Source: Candidatus Kerfeldbacteria bacterium
GTDB taxonomy: Bacteria > Patescibacteriota > Patescibacteriia > UBA10025 > JAHIVO01
Assembly (NCBI GenBank): GCA_047946875.1
Contig: CP181398.1
Location: 15,154-79,153, forward strand
Direction: 5' to 3'
Length of the DNA stretch: 64,000 nt
Under the pieces are notes generated by a model. That model did no database searches. It was not told the origin of the DNA and saw only the letters and a list, made by a program, of their open reading frames with translations. Each line of letters begins with the position of its first letter. Position 1 is the stretch's first letter. Shown here piece after piece: positions 31,401 through 40,460 of this stretch. A program made the position numbers and the translations under genes.

Positions 31401-34400
31401 CCTTTAACTACTTCGAATCCATATGCGATTGATTACGATGGTCAGTATCTCTGGATCACGCACAACAATAATCCTGGCATAGTTACTATATTAAATCCGA
31501 ATGATGGTAGTGAGGTTAATAGTTTCGTTGTTGGTAGTCAACTAAGGGGAATAATACCTTTTAATAATTCAATGTGGGTAGCGAGTCTCGGTGATGATAC
31601 AGTGATTCAATTAGATCCATATACACAGAGTGTAGTGGATACTTACAATGTTGGGGATGAACCGTGGGAACTGACAACAGACAATGACGCAAATATTTGG
31701 ATTACCAATCATGGTTTATCTAAAAATGTTTCAAAAATAAATTTAAGTGACGAATCAGTTAAAGTAGGCTTAGGTTGGATCAGTCTAAATAAGGCTGTTT
31801 GTTCAAATGATTCACAACAAGGATGTACTGATGATGATGAATGTGGAGTGGTTACTGATCTATGTGTAGATACGCCAGCGGAAGAAGTAAGTGAAGATAT
31901 TATCGTGGCTGGTGATCCACCGTCTGGAGATGTTGCTTATGGCTTTTGTTATGATAACGATGCTCCTTCTTCTGGTGAAAAATATGGAGAGTGTTCGAAA
32001 ACAACTGGTCAAAGTTGTACAGAATCTGATTTAGCAAACTGCTTAGATATTGAAGAGTATTGTATTTATTATACTTGCCAAACTGGTGATATATGTATTG
32101 ATCCTGTTTCTCCCCCAAGTCCTGCGGGTTGGGTTAAAGAATGTCGAGATACTGCAACTGCGAATTTCAATGGAGAGACTAGAGAGATAGAGGGATGGGC
32201 AAGAATATTGTCATCAAAAAAACAAGGCGAACAATATACACCTCCTTTTGATGATTGGGGTTGGATAAAACTTGGTGGACAATATGACGATGGCGAAGGA
32301 AATACAGGCGATTATAATTTAGCTGGAACGGAAATTGATTCTCAGTTATTTTTAGGTGATCCAGATGTATCTGGTGATAGTTTATCACTATATACAATAT
32401 TTGGTTGGGGGTGGAATGCTGATATTTCAGATTATACGGCAACTTCAGATTGGTTACCGTCTATAAATATTAGTAATAATTTCGCTGCGAGACGTGGACT
32501 TGAACGCGTTCATAATTCGGCCATGATCTTAGATTCGAACGGTGATCCACATATTGCTTGGGAAGTTTTTGATACTGTTCATCTTTATTATGATATTTAT
32601 TATCTAAAGTTGGTAGCAGGTAAATGGTTTACGATATCGGGAGTTGAATATCAACCTGGAGCGATGGATCCCTTTGGTTCTATGTTAAGTGTAGGATATG
32701 GATCTGGTTTATATGACGATGGGAGGCATATAAGATTTCCTTCATTAGCTCTTGGCGCTGATGATTACCCTCATCTAGCCGGAGCTTATGAAGAGAGTGT
32801 CTGGAGGGGCAGCCAAAATGAGGGGGGCGATATAATCTATACAAAATGGAACGGCTCTCAGTGGACAAGTTCTGATGGTGTAACATCAGGTTATGATGTA
32901 GTTGGTGGGGAAGCTAGTGATGATGATCATGCTCAAGTTCCAATTTTGAAACTTAATGATAGCGATGTTCCGAATATTGTGTATAGAGTAGGAATATCTG
33001 GTTATGGTGATATTTATTTTAAAGTTTGGGATGGTCGGATTTGGAATACTATTGATGGAACTTCGGATAGTTTGAATGTTAGTAACATTACTAATTCTAG
33101 TTCAGTAACTCCAAAATTAATAATGGATGGTAATACTCCACATATTGTATATATAGATAGTGGATTGGCTAAATATAGATGGTGGGATGGTACTAACTGG
33201 GTATCAGCAGGTCTTGATGAGCCTTTTGACACATATGTCTGTTCTAATAATTTTTTAACAAGTTGTACCGAGGCTACTGAACAAGCGGATTGTGGATGGT
33301 ACTGTCATGATAATTCAGTCAACGCTGGTAATCTATGTTCTGTTGATATTGATTGTGGCACTGATTATTGGGCACAATGTTTACATAATAGGTGTGAGAG
33401 TGAAGATGTGGCAGTTAATTGGGGATTGAAGACATGTAATGGTTTTGTAGATGGAACTAAATGTTACGACGACGATGATTGTCCTGTGAGCTTGGATTGT
33501 CAGAAATTATCTAATATTGAGTGGAATGTATATGGAACAGAGGCGGCTAGTTTTGATTTGTATGACGAAAGCACTCCTGGAGTTGTATTCCGTGGTTCAA
33601 CTGGAATTTATTATCTTAGGTGGGATTCAACTATTGATAACGGTGACGGAACATTTGGCGCCTGGGTGTCAGTCAGTGGTGGAGATCTTGAATCATCAGA
33701 TTTGGTAATCTCTAATGCTGGAGGGAGAGCAGGACGTGTTCCTTCTGTAATTATTGGAGATGATAATTATCCCAGAATTATTTGGGGAGAAGAAATTTCA
33801 AATCTGTCAGATATTACTTATAAACAGTGGGATGGGTCTCAATGGCAAACTATAGATGGTATAGCATCTCCTTTACCACCTGCACCACCAAACGTAGCTA
33901 ATCAATCTGCTTATATTTCTGAAACTCCTGCTGTTCAGTCATATAGTCCTTCTGTACAACTAGATCGATTTGGTAATCCTCATGCACTTTGGTCAGAAAT
34001 TAATTATAGCGGTTATTCTTGTGGTGAGTTTGGTAATGGAGGTGTTATTGATGGTATTGATGGGGATATTCATGATATAGAGATTGATTATGATAATAAC
34101 GCTATTTATCTAGCCGGTGTCTCTGATGATGGTGGAGTACCGCATTGGCGAATAGATAAAAGAAGATTTGATACAGGGGCATTAATTGCAGCTTTTGATA
34201 CTGATGGTTTTATAAATGGTGATGCTGATACTCTTTCGGCTTGGAATATAGAATTAGACAAAGATAATAATAATTTCTATATTGTTGGTAGAGAATCAGT
34301 GGGTGATGATTGGCGATTGGAGAGGAGAAATATGGATACTGGTAGTATTGATTGGCCAGACAATCCAAGCGGGGTCGTTAGAATGGGTTATGGTAATGCT

Positions 34401-37400
34401 ACCGACGGAATAGATCTAAAAATTGATAGTGAGAATATATATATAACTGGAGTTGATGATAGTGATAATTGGCGGATAGAAAAAAGAAGTAAAAATAATG
34501 GAAATTTAGTTACGAATTTTGGTACTGATGGTTTTATTATTAGTACGGATGGAAATAATGCGAAAAAAATATTGATCGATGATACTTATATGTGGGTAGT
34601 TGGTCAAGATGATAATCTCCATTGGAGGATTGAAAAGCGATTATTAAGTAATGGTGATTTAGTTACTACATTCGGTAATGCAGGAATATTTACTGGCTCT
34701 TCGACTAATCCAGATAGTGGAAATATTTATGATGTTACGATTGATGGTGATAATATTTATATTGTTGGGAAAACTACTGATAATAATTGGTTGACTGCTA
34801 AATTGGATATTAATTCAGGAATATTGGATGAGGATTTTGGTGTGGATGGATATGTAGAGACATCCTATGCATCAGCTGTTAATTTTATTTATGGTATAGA
34901 GGTCAGTGGTGATGATATTATTATTGCTGGTAGTTTAGGTGATGGTTTAGATAATGATTGGCATTATGAAATAAGGAATAAAAATACAGGTATTATTAAT
35001 GAAATTGTTGTAAATAATGGTTGGCAAAATGGTTTAATTGATTCTGTCAATGGTAGTTTGGTTTGGGGAATGGACGGTGATGATGATTATATGTATATAT
35101 TTGGTAATGATGATAGTGGTAATTGGCGAATAGAAAGACGATGGAAATCAACTGGTACATTAGATAATCACTATAATACAAATGCTTTTAGTGATTGCAA
35201 AGATCCAGAATATCCTATGTGTATATATACTTCGCCATCGTTCGAATGTCTGGGTGGGGATATATTTTATAGTCGTTGGACACCAGGAAATGTCCAAGGT
35301 GGAATAGGTTGGGTAGAATTCATGCCAGCCGGAGCTCTACTTGGAGTACCGTGGGTTCAGACTGCTTTTGCAGATATCTTTGGTACAGAGGGTGTTAGTT
35401 TATCTCCTCCGCCACGTGGTAGTGGAGAATACACTGCGACATATTTGATTTTATCTAACGGTAGTATTGAAGGCATACCTACGTATTATTATGGCGATAG
35501 TAGTCGGCAACCATCAACTCAATTTTATGAAGGTGGATTAAATCCATTGATTGAGGGATCTAGTCTTCCGTTTGGTGAAGATGCACTATCAAAAATTAAT
35601 GTCGATGCTTTAGTATCTGGGCCGGACTTTAATAGATATGGGCATCCTTTAACAACAGTTACACAAAGTGGTATTGATATTAGTGATAGCAGTCAATTAG
35701 GTGATTCACCTTTACTAAATGGAGGTGTTTATCATTATATCGGAAATGCATCGATAGACGATGAAATGACTTTTATAATAGGTGATTCAGATCCAACTCC
35801 AGCAACAGATCCAGAAACAACAGGAAATGGATTAATAGTTATAGATGGTGATCTAGAAATAAATGCCAATACTTATTATGAGGCAGGTGTTTTGGCAGAT
35901 ATTACAGAGATGCCATCGGTAGGTCTTATTGTCCGAGGTAATATTTATATTAGTCCTTTCGTGACAGAGTTAGCCGGAGTATTTGTAGCTTTAGACAATC
36001 CTGATACAGCAGATATTTCGGAAGGTATTATTAGTACAAGCAGAAAGAGCCCACTTATAACTGAGACAGCAGATAATGATGATGCTTATGTATCTGTAAT
36101 TGGTTCGGATTATGATAATACTAATCAAACTGTTCCAGATAATGAATCATTAAAATTTGGTAAAGAAGTTGCCGATATTGGCAATTATCAATTTAGATTA
36201 AAGGCAACTTTAAATACAAATTTATTAGGGGTAACGAGCACTGAGCCAAATATTCCTATCATGGTAAGAGTTGGGGATGTTGGCACTGCTCCATTTGATG
36301 ATTTTTGGTTGAATAATTCTGACGATATAAACGGTTATGATATCAACTTTGCAGATGCTGATGGTACACCATTAGATTTTCATATTGAAAAATTTGAAAA
36401 TAACCAAGAAATAATAGTTTGGGTTCAAGTCCCACAACTAGATATTAATTCTTTAAATGACTATATTTGGATGTATTATGGTAGTGTTTCTCCTGTTAGC
36501 CAGCAGGATGAAAATGGCACTTATAATAGTGAATACGTTGGAACTTGGCATCTGAATGAAACATCTGGAGATCGTCATAATTCGACCAGTACAATTTCTA
36601 TTGATGGTGTGCCATCAGCATCACTGGCAAATGAACCTGGCGGTATTGCAGCAGGAGCTGATAAATTTGATGGTACTGGAGGAACTCTGGATAATGGCTA
36701 TTGCTTTGAAGGTTTAAATACTGGCGGCGTGAATAATCTTTGTAGGTATGATATTGATTGTGAGGACCCTGCAGGAACTCTTTGTACAGATGTTCAAGGA
36801 GGATCTAATCCTGGTGGTTGTATGGTCCCAGACCCAACAGGAAGTTATCTTGAAATGCCTATTAATATACTTAGTGGAGCTGGTAACTTTACTATTGAAG
36901 CTTGGGTGAGAACTTCTACAACTGATAATTTGGTTACTATAATCGAACAAAGAGATGAGAATAACGCGGGTGATGGTAGTTATCAGCTTAGGATTTATAA
37001 TGGAATAGAACTTCATTTTTACTATTGGCAATATTTTCCTGGTATTAGCTTTAGTATTTCAGCAAATGATTCTAATTTAAATAATGGAAGTTGGCATCAT
37101 GTAGCAGTTACAATAAATAATACAAATGATGAAGCTATACTATATATTGATGGAGTTGCGGAAGCTACTAGGATAGATATGACAGATATAATTGATATAG
37201 ATGCTGAAAATAGTACTTATGTAGGTGCAGATATTTCCAATACAGGTGGTCATGGTTGGCCTTGCTATAAAGTAGATAGTTATTTTAATGGAGATATTGA
37301 TGAAATTAGGATATCTAATACAGTACGATCAGCTGAATATATTCAGGCAACTTATCTTGCAGAAAATGGTTCTAGTTCATTTATAACTTGGGGGACTCAA

Positions 37401-38663
37401 GAAGAAGTTGAAAATCAAACTGATCGTACATTTTTAAGATTTCCGTTCGGACCAGGTACTATCAATGATATATTACCAAATTCAGAAATTAGGAATGCAT
37501 ATCTAAATCTAACGGATGATGGTAATAGTTCTAATGGTCCGTTTGATGCAAAAATATATTTAATTGATTATGGTGATGTGGTTGAATTTACAGTAGCAAA
37601 TTGGCCTGCTCAAGATTTGTACAATGTTAATGTATCTAATGGTATGACTTATAGTATTGATACTAATACTTGGGATAGTACTATAGATTCTGAGAATATG
37701 AGTGTGGATATTAAATCTTTGATTCAGAGGTATGTAAATAGTGATGAATATGGTCAATCTTATGCTGATGGAGATATTACATATCTTGGTCTTGTTATTA
37801 ATGAAGGTGATGCCGACGTTGGAGATTTTAGATCATTCTATTCTCAAGAAGATACTACTGGCCATGCCCCAGAATTAATTGTCGAACATTCACCACGAAG
37901 AACATATTTAACTATTGATCCTTCAAATGTAAATGATGATGTTCACGCTTGGGGTAGCGCTGCGGGTGAATATTCATTAAATTCTAGTTGTCTGTATGTT
38001 GGTAGTTATTCAAATAATCCTAATAGAATTTTCTATCGTTTTATACCAGATACAGCCTATACAATATTACCTGATAATTCTGAAATTATTGAAGCTCATT
38101 TAAGATTAAATAATACTGGTTGTGCGACTGGAACAGAACCTTTTCAAATACGACAAGGATTGTTAAATAAAAATGTAGCGGGAACAACTTTTAATGATAT
38201 GCCTACAATTTCATCTAATCCATATAATTTTGGATTAACTCAAGACGTTTTTGAAGTATCACAAGAGTTATTAGAAAATGAGTTTAATAATTCAAATATT
38301 GTATTAGATGATATCTCAAATTTAGTTCAGTCATGGATAGATGATACTATCGTTAATTATGATTTTGGTAATGATATTGGTTTAAGGTTGCGACGTGGTA
38401 ATAAATCTTCAGAGATTATAAACGGAGCAGGTGAATATAGAGCTGTCAGTGAAGATGCTTCGATTTTGGAAGTTGATTATTTAGTACCATTACAGGTTAG
38501 TGGACTTTTCGTTGCTCGTGGATATAATTTTGATAGAAAGTATACCAAAGATCTTGCTCCGTCCGAAAGGATTGTGTATGATGGTAGGGTAGTAGCAAAT
38601 ACGCCACCCGGACTTGCTGATTTTTCTAAAGCACTTCCAATTTATCAAAGAGTAGCGCCGTAA
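25461..38663 (+). CDS. Giant 4400-aa surface protein (FN3 repeats, GWAW-type repeat domain, several propellers, DUF2341, LamG, DNRLRE-like domains, C-terminal beta-helix)
   Basis: Uninterrupted ORF; N-terminal TM; YxYRVxA FN3 motifs; DINFADADG..VWVQVP..MYYG (DUF2341); FTIEAWV..WHHVAVT..FNGDIDEIRIS (LamG). Confidence 0.9.
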   Translation: MSKLTKKSIQVLIILCVAVVLAAGLFSLIYFTQHTPQQKHYVIKEVPPDPETVIDKVVQESGRNYIDKRDDEGNLVFNEDGALTRIFYGADIFYQTEDGDYQDIDTTIVTAQGDYDYENTTNVSKTYFKAETQEDDFIKYEVAGERGVTFSFAGVDKSTPEVSSNTITYPDIYEGIDAKYTISGSKILEELIVEEEPIVDRIDQNIKLQDVYYKEQDNGSITFHDNATGHIVFFAIQPIMYELEESTGFKKQIDESESMEVENLTFSYGLHYEITEADNGDIVISKVIDDEGRKWLEQANYPVAIDFTFSAIDSTVALSGESLRHNWSGTNYYMTTPATISRVGNLNTSVARWYYRSFFSFDTGSEWASYGSSDIVGAKFTFYMWKTGTCSNCAVYDYQGDCRWNTHPCWQHRCGLCTNAGGDVGEESASGISANSGADIWDSLPYHPGGNGFSDAYYNVVMTPEGAVDLNGIPTTQAECSANPDDCKREVFVGIDSVSQTGETQIALFDTSGLTVNEGNWKGVRTFNSGSGALDPTLEVVYMPKFDINVVPLDSDEMLTIEWDDNSDNESGWELQRCIDPTPVDPPFECDDSDYFDANHVSFSPIPTGDSSDSCGTDCTYTCTTTEVETVGGCTIDNDGLESDSLYYYRGRIIHVSDLVSGPTSVWSEDDDGSGYNHEWTRATEILSSVLELSSPVWDSLRIYGGGSPTDAYIDSHVNSNPLHTKYALGVRDEDTWRNCFAEDSGGGIYTFQLPITTNPYTVDFAHNMVWWMTDVFGWQMTAAINVESTDDCQIYPNREFKLCEWAQDTRSPDNYLNTPTSYENCSLDTGKAYSRARDPSPPTFINNDPYGGYFPAITVQMDTTPFSLPVTTLNPSDTEYAMSVTNVNTGKTKFFGDTSDLQEWTMGQPVIPDWGTQFLWNNNNPRTVYNLESATCYKFRAISKNGEPTEVGEVGEDESWGFPDSDEFPSEAEGGFTDDLWSVGYPSEEYCTPLSPPDQPTVTCGFNQEKSIIIKPKVLSQLINDDDKSILSIKTANASVKLADANSEGYYCDVSFTDDINTGTIYYKIQRCARSDIGSCADGDFITVSSNSTLKSFIDESVFPGLACDINNEVYEYRVQADNTIVEPSDWSTVAEDILPPCQPTPAPTANNFQKQTMTFNWTAPLFGSPISGFNSGYYTYLLDSPTDLSPVKRFQSVLFLTTYTPLPSLYTNTPYYFEVSGVDDRSREGVRSPQGGPFYTLADNPNFTVECGYDSSDYCTVDITNHGLNDVENHPPDYCLSRKVGSSSSWRYYNYEKSNWGISGPATCDGQTSDYWRSAKTDYTTSWSLTDYNLTCNTLYTYRIEAKNDVGIVTPSPHEESDTTTICPPLNVRHTYNGYLSGYRIRVAWDNPPPTIPPTLPDEIRIYKDATCGGDYEVMPTGSTETDNSTDPNYGTDASLYANIEKPYSVCYYKDGVLGRPGDGDLNAYTSIQTPTGVSFSSVTKDSMVVNYRGTLTRLSGNSLDFYMSYTNGGSGGSNPSWIPGSYNDTGLSTNYQYCYRVRAKNNETGAYTTGDYTNYGPAGDQDDCKYTLASIPKRPVRSQVDSSTVNVIIREGDGNPHGIGLADDTDYAICVTEYNIDGSVYQEGYVQNNNTVNWLPPPEKCGDSDTGVSWDTRAGWGLDSGVDITGVESSKKFGFSVKARNGDDINTNFGPEATLFLVKNNVVGWAWSANIGWVSLNCLNFFKDQDYGFSCDPGEHWGINTSYEPTRTINPVEGYAWSASGQALKETLSISETTQIGVNAGPKGITYDSETPGGPYVWGVVWASDHILFRLNSVDLTFDTFLIGTAGDDLRDIVLANGYLWITANTTGKLYKVDPANPSGGAVDTLDFETSAFISGCASEDCHPFHIAYDGTDLWISNDVANNEGLIFRVNTNDGLERNCDGTEFSGNNNDRCNLGTTYSGWPFVLNNDVWVVNKLPLGVSKISIADGSISSYPLTTSNPYAIDYDGQYLWITHNNNPGIVTILNPNDGSEVNSFVVGSQLRGIIPFNNSMWVASLGDDTVIQLDPYTQSVVDTYNVGDEPWELTTDNDANIWITNHGLSKNVSKINLSDESVKVGLGWISLNKAVCSNDSQQGCTDDDECGVVTDLCVDTPAEEVSEDIIVAGDPPSGDVAYGFCYDNDAPSSGEKYGECSKTTGQSCTESDLANCLDIEEYCIYYTCQTGDICIDPVSPPSPAGWVKECRDTATANFNGETREIEGWARILSSKKQGEQYTPPFDDWGWIKLGGQYDDGEGNTGDYNLAGTEIDSQLFLGDPDVSGDSLSLYTIFGWGWNADISDYTATSDWLPSINISNNFAARRGLERVHNSAMILDSNGDPHIAWEVFDTVHLYYDIYYLKLVAGKWFTISGVEYQPGAMDPFGSMLSVGYGSGLYDDGRHIRFPSLALGADDYPHLAGAYEESVWRGSQNEGGDIIYTKWNGSQWTSSDGVTSGYDVVGGEASDDDHAQVPILKLNDSDVPNIVYRVGISGYGDIYFKVWDGRIWNTIDGTSDSLNVSNITNSSSVTPKLIMDGNTPHIVYIDSGLAKYRWWDGTNWVSAGLDEPFDTYVCSNNFLTSCTEATEQADCGWYCHDNSVNAGNLCSVDIDCGTDYWAQCLHNRCESEDVAVNWGLKTCNGFVDGTKCYDDDDCPVSLDCQKLSNIEWNVYGTEAASFDLYDESTPGVVFRGSTGIYYLRWDSTIDNGDGTFGAWVSVSGGDLESSDLVISNAGGRAGRVPSVIIGDDNYPRIIWGEEISNLSDITYKQWDGSQWQTIDGIASPLPPAPPNVANQSAYISETPAVQSYSPSVQLDRFGNPHALWSEINYSGYSCGEFGNGGVIDGIDGDIHDIEIDYDNNAIYLAGVSDDGGVPHWRIDKRRFDTGALIAAFDTDGFINGDADTLSAWNIELDKDNNNFYIVGRESVGDDWRLERRNMDTGSIDWPDNPSGVVRMGYGNATDGIDLKIDSENIYITGVDDSDNWRIEKRSKNNGNLVTNFGTDGFIISTDGNNAKKILIDDTYMWVVGQDDNLHWRIEKRLLSNGDLVTTFGNAGIFTGSSTNPDSGNIYDVTIDGDNIYIVGKTTDNNWLTAKLDINSGILDEDFGVDGYVETSYASAVNFIYGIEVSGDDIIIAGSLGDGLDNDWHYEIRNKNTGIINEIVVNNGWQNGLIDSVNGSLVWGMDGDDDYMYIFGNDDSGNWRIERRWKSTGTLDNHYNTNAFSDCKDPEYPMCIYTSPSFECLGGDIFYSRWTPGNVQGGIGWVEFMPAGALLGVPWVQTAFADIFGTEGVSLSPPPRGSGEYTATYLILSNGSIEGIPTYYYGDSSRQPSTQFYEGGLNPLIEGSSLPFGEDALSKINVDALVSGPDFNRYGHPLTTVTQSGIDISDSSQLGDSPLLNGGVYHYIGNASIDDEMTFIIGDSDPTPATDPETTGNGLIVIDGDLEINANTYYEAGVLADITEMPSVGLIVRGNIYISPFVTELAGVFVALDNPDTADISEGIISTSRKSPLITETADNDDAYVSVIGSDYDNTNQTVPDNESLKFGKEVADIGNYQFRLKATLNTNLLGVTSTEPNIPIMVRVGDVGTAPFDDFWLNNSDDINGYDINFADADGTPLDFHIEKFENNQEIIVWVQVPQLDINSLNDYIWMYYGSVSPVSQQDENGTYNSEYVGTWHLNETSGDRHNSTSTISIDGVPSASLANEPGGIAAGADKFDGTGGTLDNGYCFEGLNTGGVNNLCRYDIDCEDPAGTLCTDVQGGSNPGGCMVPDPTGSYLEMPINILSGAGNFTIEAWVRTSTTDNLVTIIEQRDENNAGDGSYQLRIYNGIELHFYYWQYFPGISFSISANDSNLNNGSWHHVAVTINNTNDEAILYIDGVAEATRIDMTDIIDIDAENSTYVGADISNTGGHGWPCYKVDSYFNGDIDEIRISNTVRSAEYIQATYLAENGSSSFITWGTQEEVENQTDRTFLRFPFGPGTINDILPNSEIRNAYLNLTDDGNSSNGPFDAKIYLIDYGDVVEFTVANWPAQDLYNVNVSNGMTYSIDTNTWDSTIDSENMSVDIKSLIQRYVNSDEYGQSYADGDITYLGLVINEGDADVGDFRSFYSQEDTTGHAPELIVEHSPRRTYLTIDPSNVNDDVHAWGSAAGEYSLNSSCLYVGSYSNNPNRIFYRFIPDTAYTILPDNSEIIEAHLRLNNTGCATGTEPFQIRQGLLNKNVAGTTFNDMPTISSNPYNFGLTQDVFEVSQELLENEFNNSNIVLDDISNLVQSWIDDTIVNYDFGNDIGLRLRRGNKSSEIINGAGEYRAVSEDASILEVDYLVPLQVSGLFVARGYNFDRKYTKDLAPSERIVYDGRVVANTPPGLADFSKALPIYQRVAP

Positions 38664-38695
38664 GCTAATGTATATTTAATAATTTTTAATTGATA

Positions 38696-39064
38696 ATGAG
38701 TAAATTTAAGAATTACAAGGATTTGGATATTTGGCAGAAAGCGTTTAATATGAGTTTGATGGTTTTTAATTTATGCAAAAAGATTCCTTTTAATTCGGTA
38801 AATAAAGTATTAGTTAATCAGATTGTTCGTTCTGTAACTTCGATCGCTGGCAATATCGCTGAAGGTTCTGGAGGAGCTACTAGAAAAGATTTTATTAATT
38901 ATTTGCAGAATGCTAGAAAATCAGCTCTGGAAACTGATAATTGGCTTGAATTCATTTTTTCAACCAACAAAGTGACTAGTGCATCAAAGAAAATGTTAAA
39001 GGAAAAATCTCAAGAAATAATAAAGATTCTAACGACAATTATTAAGAAATCCAAATTAAAATAA
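38696..39064 (+). CDS. Four-helix-bundle protein (23S rRNA IVP-like family)
   Basis: YKDLDIWQKA, QIVRSVTSIAGNIAEG and ARKSALET motifs. Confidence 0.9.
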   Translation: MSKFKNYKDLDIWQKAFNMSLMVFNLCKKIPFNSVNKVLVNQIVRSVTSIAGNIAEGSGGATRKDFINYLQNARKSALETDNWLEFIFSTNKVTSASKKMLKEKSQEIIKILTTIIKKSKLK

Positions 39065-39102
39065 TTATACATAATAAATTTTAAATTATAAATTAGACAA
39101 AT

Positions 39103-40242
39103 ATGGCAAAAAATGTAAGTTATTTAGGAATCGACGTTGGTGGGTCAAGTTTAAAGATTGTTGAACTTGTAAATGTCAATAATAAACCACAATTAGTTAC
39201 TTATGGCTTTATTAATGATATTCCGAATATGATTAATGATAATAGTCTTTCTGCAAAAGCTGAGGTTGCTTCACATTTAAAACATTTATTAAAGGAATCA
39301 AATACAACAACCACCCAGGCAGTAGCTGCATTGCCTAGTTTTAGTGTATTTAGCTCTATTATAAATTTACCCTCAATGAGCAAAAAAGACCTAATTTCGG
39401 CTGTTAGGTGGGAAGCAAAGAAATTTGTACCTATTCCTTTGGAGGAAATGATCCTAGATTGGGAAGTTTTAGGAGAAAAAGACGAAAAAATTGATAAAAT
39501 TAATAAAAATGAGCCAAAAGAAGATAATAAAAATGATAATTCTAATAAAAAAGACGATAAAGGCCTGAAAATAGCTAAAAAGGATGAAAAACTCAATAAA
39601 AACAACATAAAAGTACTTTTAACGGCTGCACCTAAGAATTTAGTAAATAAGTACGTAGAGTTATTTAAAGCAGTTGGTTTACAGCTTGTGGGGTTAGAAA
39701 CGGAGTCTTTTGCCCTAGAAAGGTCCTTAATCGGTAATGATAAGAATCCAATAATGGTAATTGATGTAGGTGGAAGTGTTACAAATATTATCATATATTC
39801 TGAGGGAATACCTATATTAAATAGAAGTATCGACGTTGGAGGTAATTCTTTAAGCAAATCTTTGTCTGAAGTTATGGATTTATCTTTCGAACAAGCAGAA
39901 CAATATAAAAAAGATTTGAGTTTTACATCTACAGATGAATCGCTTGATAGTTTACCAATACCATTAAGTAAGGTGATAAATTCCATAATAAATGAGGTTA
40001 AATACATCATTAATATCTACCAAAATCAGAATAATGGCCCTATTTCTAAGATAATATTATCAGGTGGATCTTCATATATAATCAATTTATCTAGGTATGT
40101 ACAAGATATTTTTAATATTAAGACATATATAGGTGATCCTTGGGCAAGAGTAGTACACCCTGTTGAGATCGATAAATTACTGAAGCAATTAGGACCGAGG
40201 ATGGCCATCCCTATTGGTTTAGCAATGAGAGAAATAAGCTAA
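39103..40242 (+). CDS. pilM: Type IV pilus assembly protein PilM
   Basis: LGIDVGGSSLKIVEL, EAKKFVP, IDVGG and IILSGGSS (actin-like fold). Confidence 0.95.
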   Translation: MAKNVSYLGIDVGGSSLKIVELVNVNNKPQLVTYGFINDIPNMINDNSLSAKAEVASHLKHLLKESNTTTTQAVAALPSFSVFSSIINLPSMSKKDLISAVRWEAKKFVPIPLEEMILDWEVLGEKDEKIDKINKNEPKEDNKNDNSNKKDDKGLKIAKKDEKLNKNNIKVLLTAAPKNLVNKYVELFKAVGLQLVGLETESFALERSLIGNDKNPIMVIDVGGSVTNIIIYSEGIPILNRSIDVGGNSLSKSLSEVMDLSFEQAEQYKKDLSFTSTDESLDSLPIPLSKVINSIINEVKYIINIYQNQNNGPISKIILSGGSSYIINLSRYVQDIFNIKTYIGDPWARVVHPVEIDKLLKQLGPRMAIPIGLAMREIS

Positions 40243-40314
40243 AATTGTAAATAATAGTCTTTCTAGTATGACATTTACTAAATTTGTGACATGTAAAAAA
40301 TAGGCTATTTTGCC

Positions 40315-40343
40315 TTGACTTTCTCATTTAAATGTGCTAGAAT
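40315..40343 (+). promoter_or_regulatory. Internal sigma70-type promoter upstream of the pilN-like gene
   Basis: TTGACT-17 bp-TAGAAT with extended -10 TG. Confidence 0.65.
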
Positions 40344-40460
40344 ATATATATAAGCTAATAAACTTGCTGATATTGGCTTTACATTTATTTAATTGATAAA
40401 AAAGCATATTTTTTAGATAAATAAAAATAAAAAAGCAAAAAACAAAAATAAAATCAGCAT

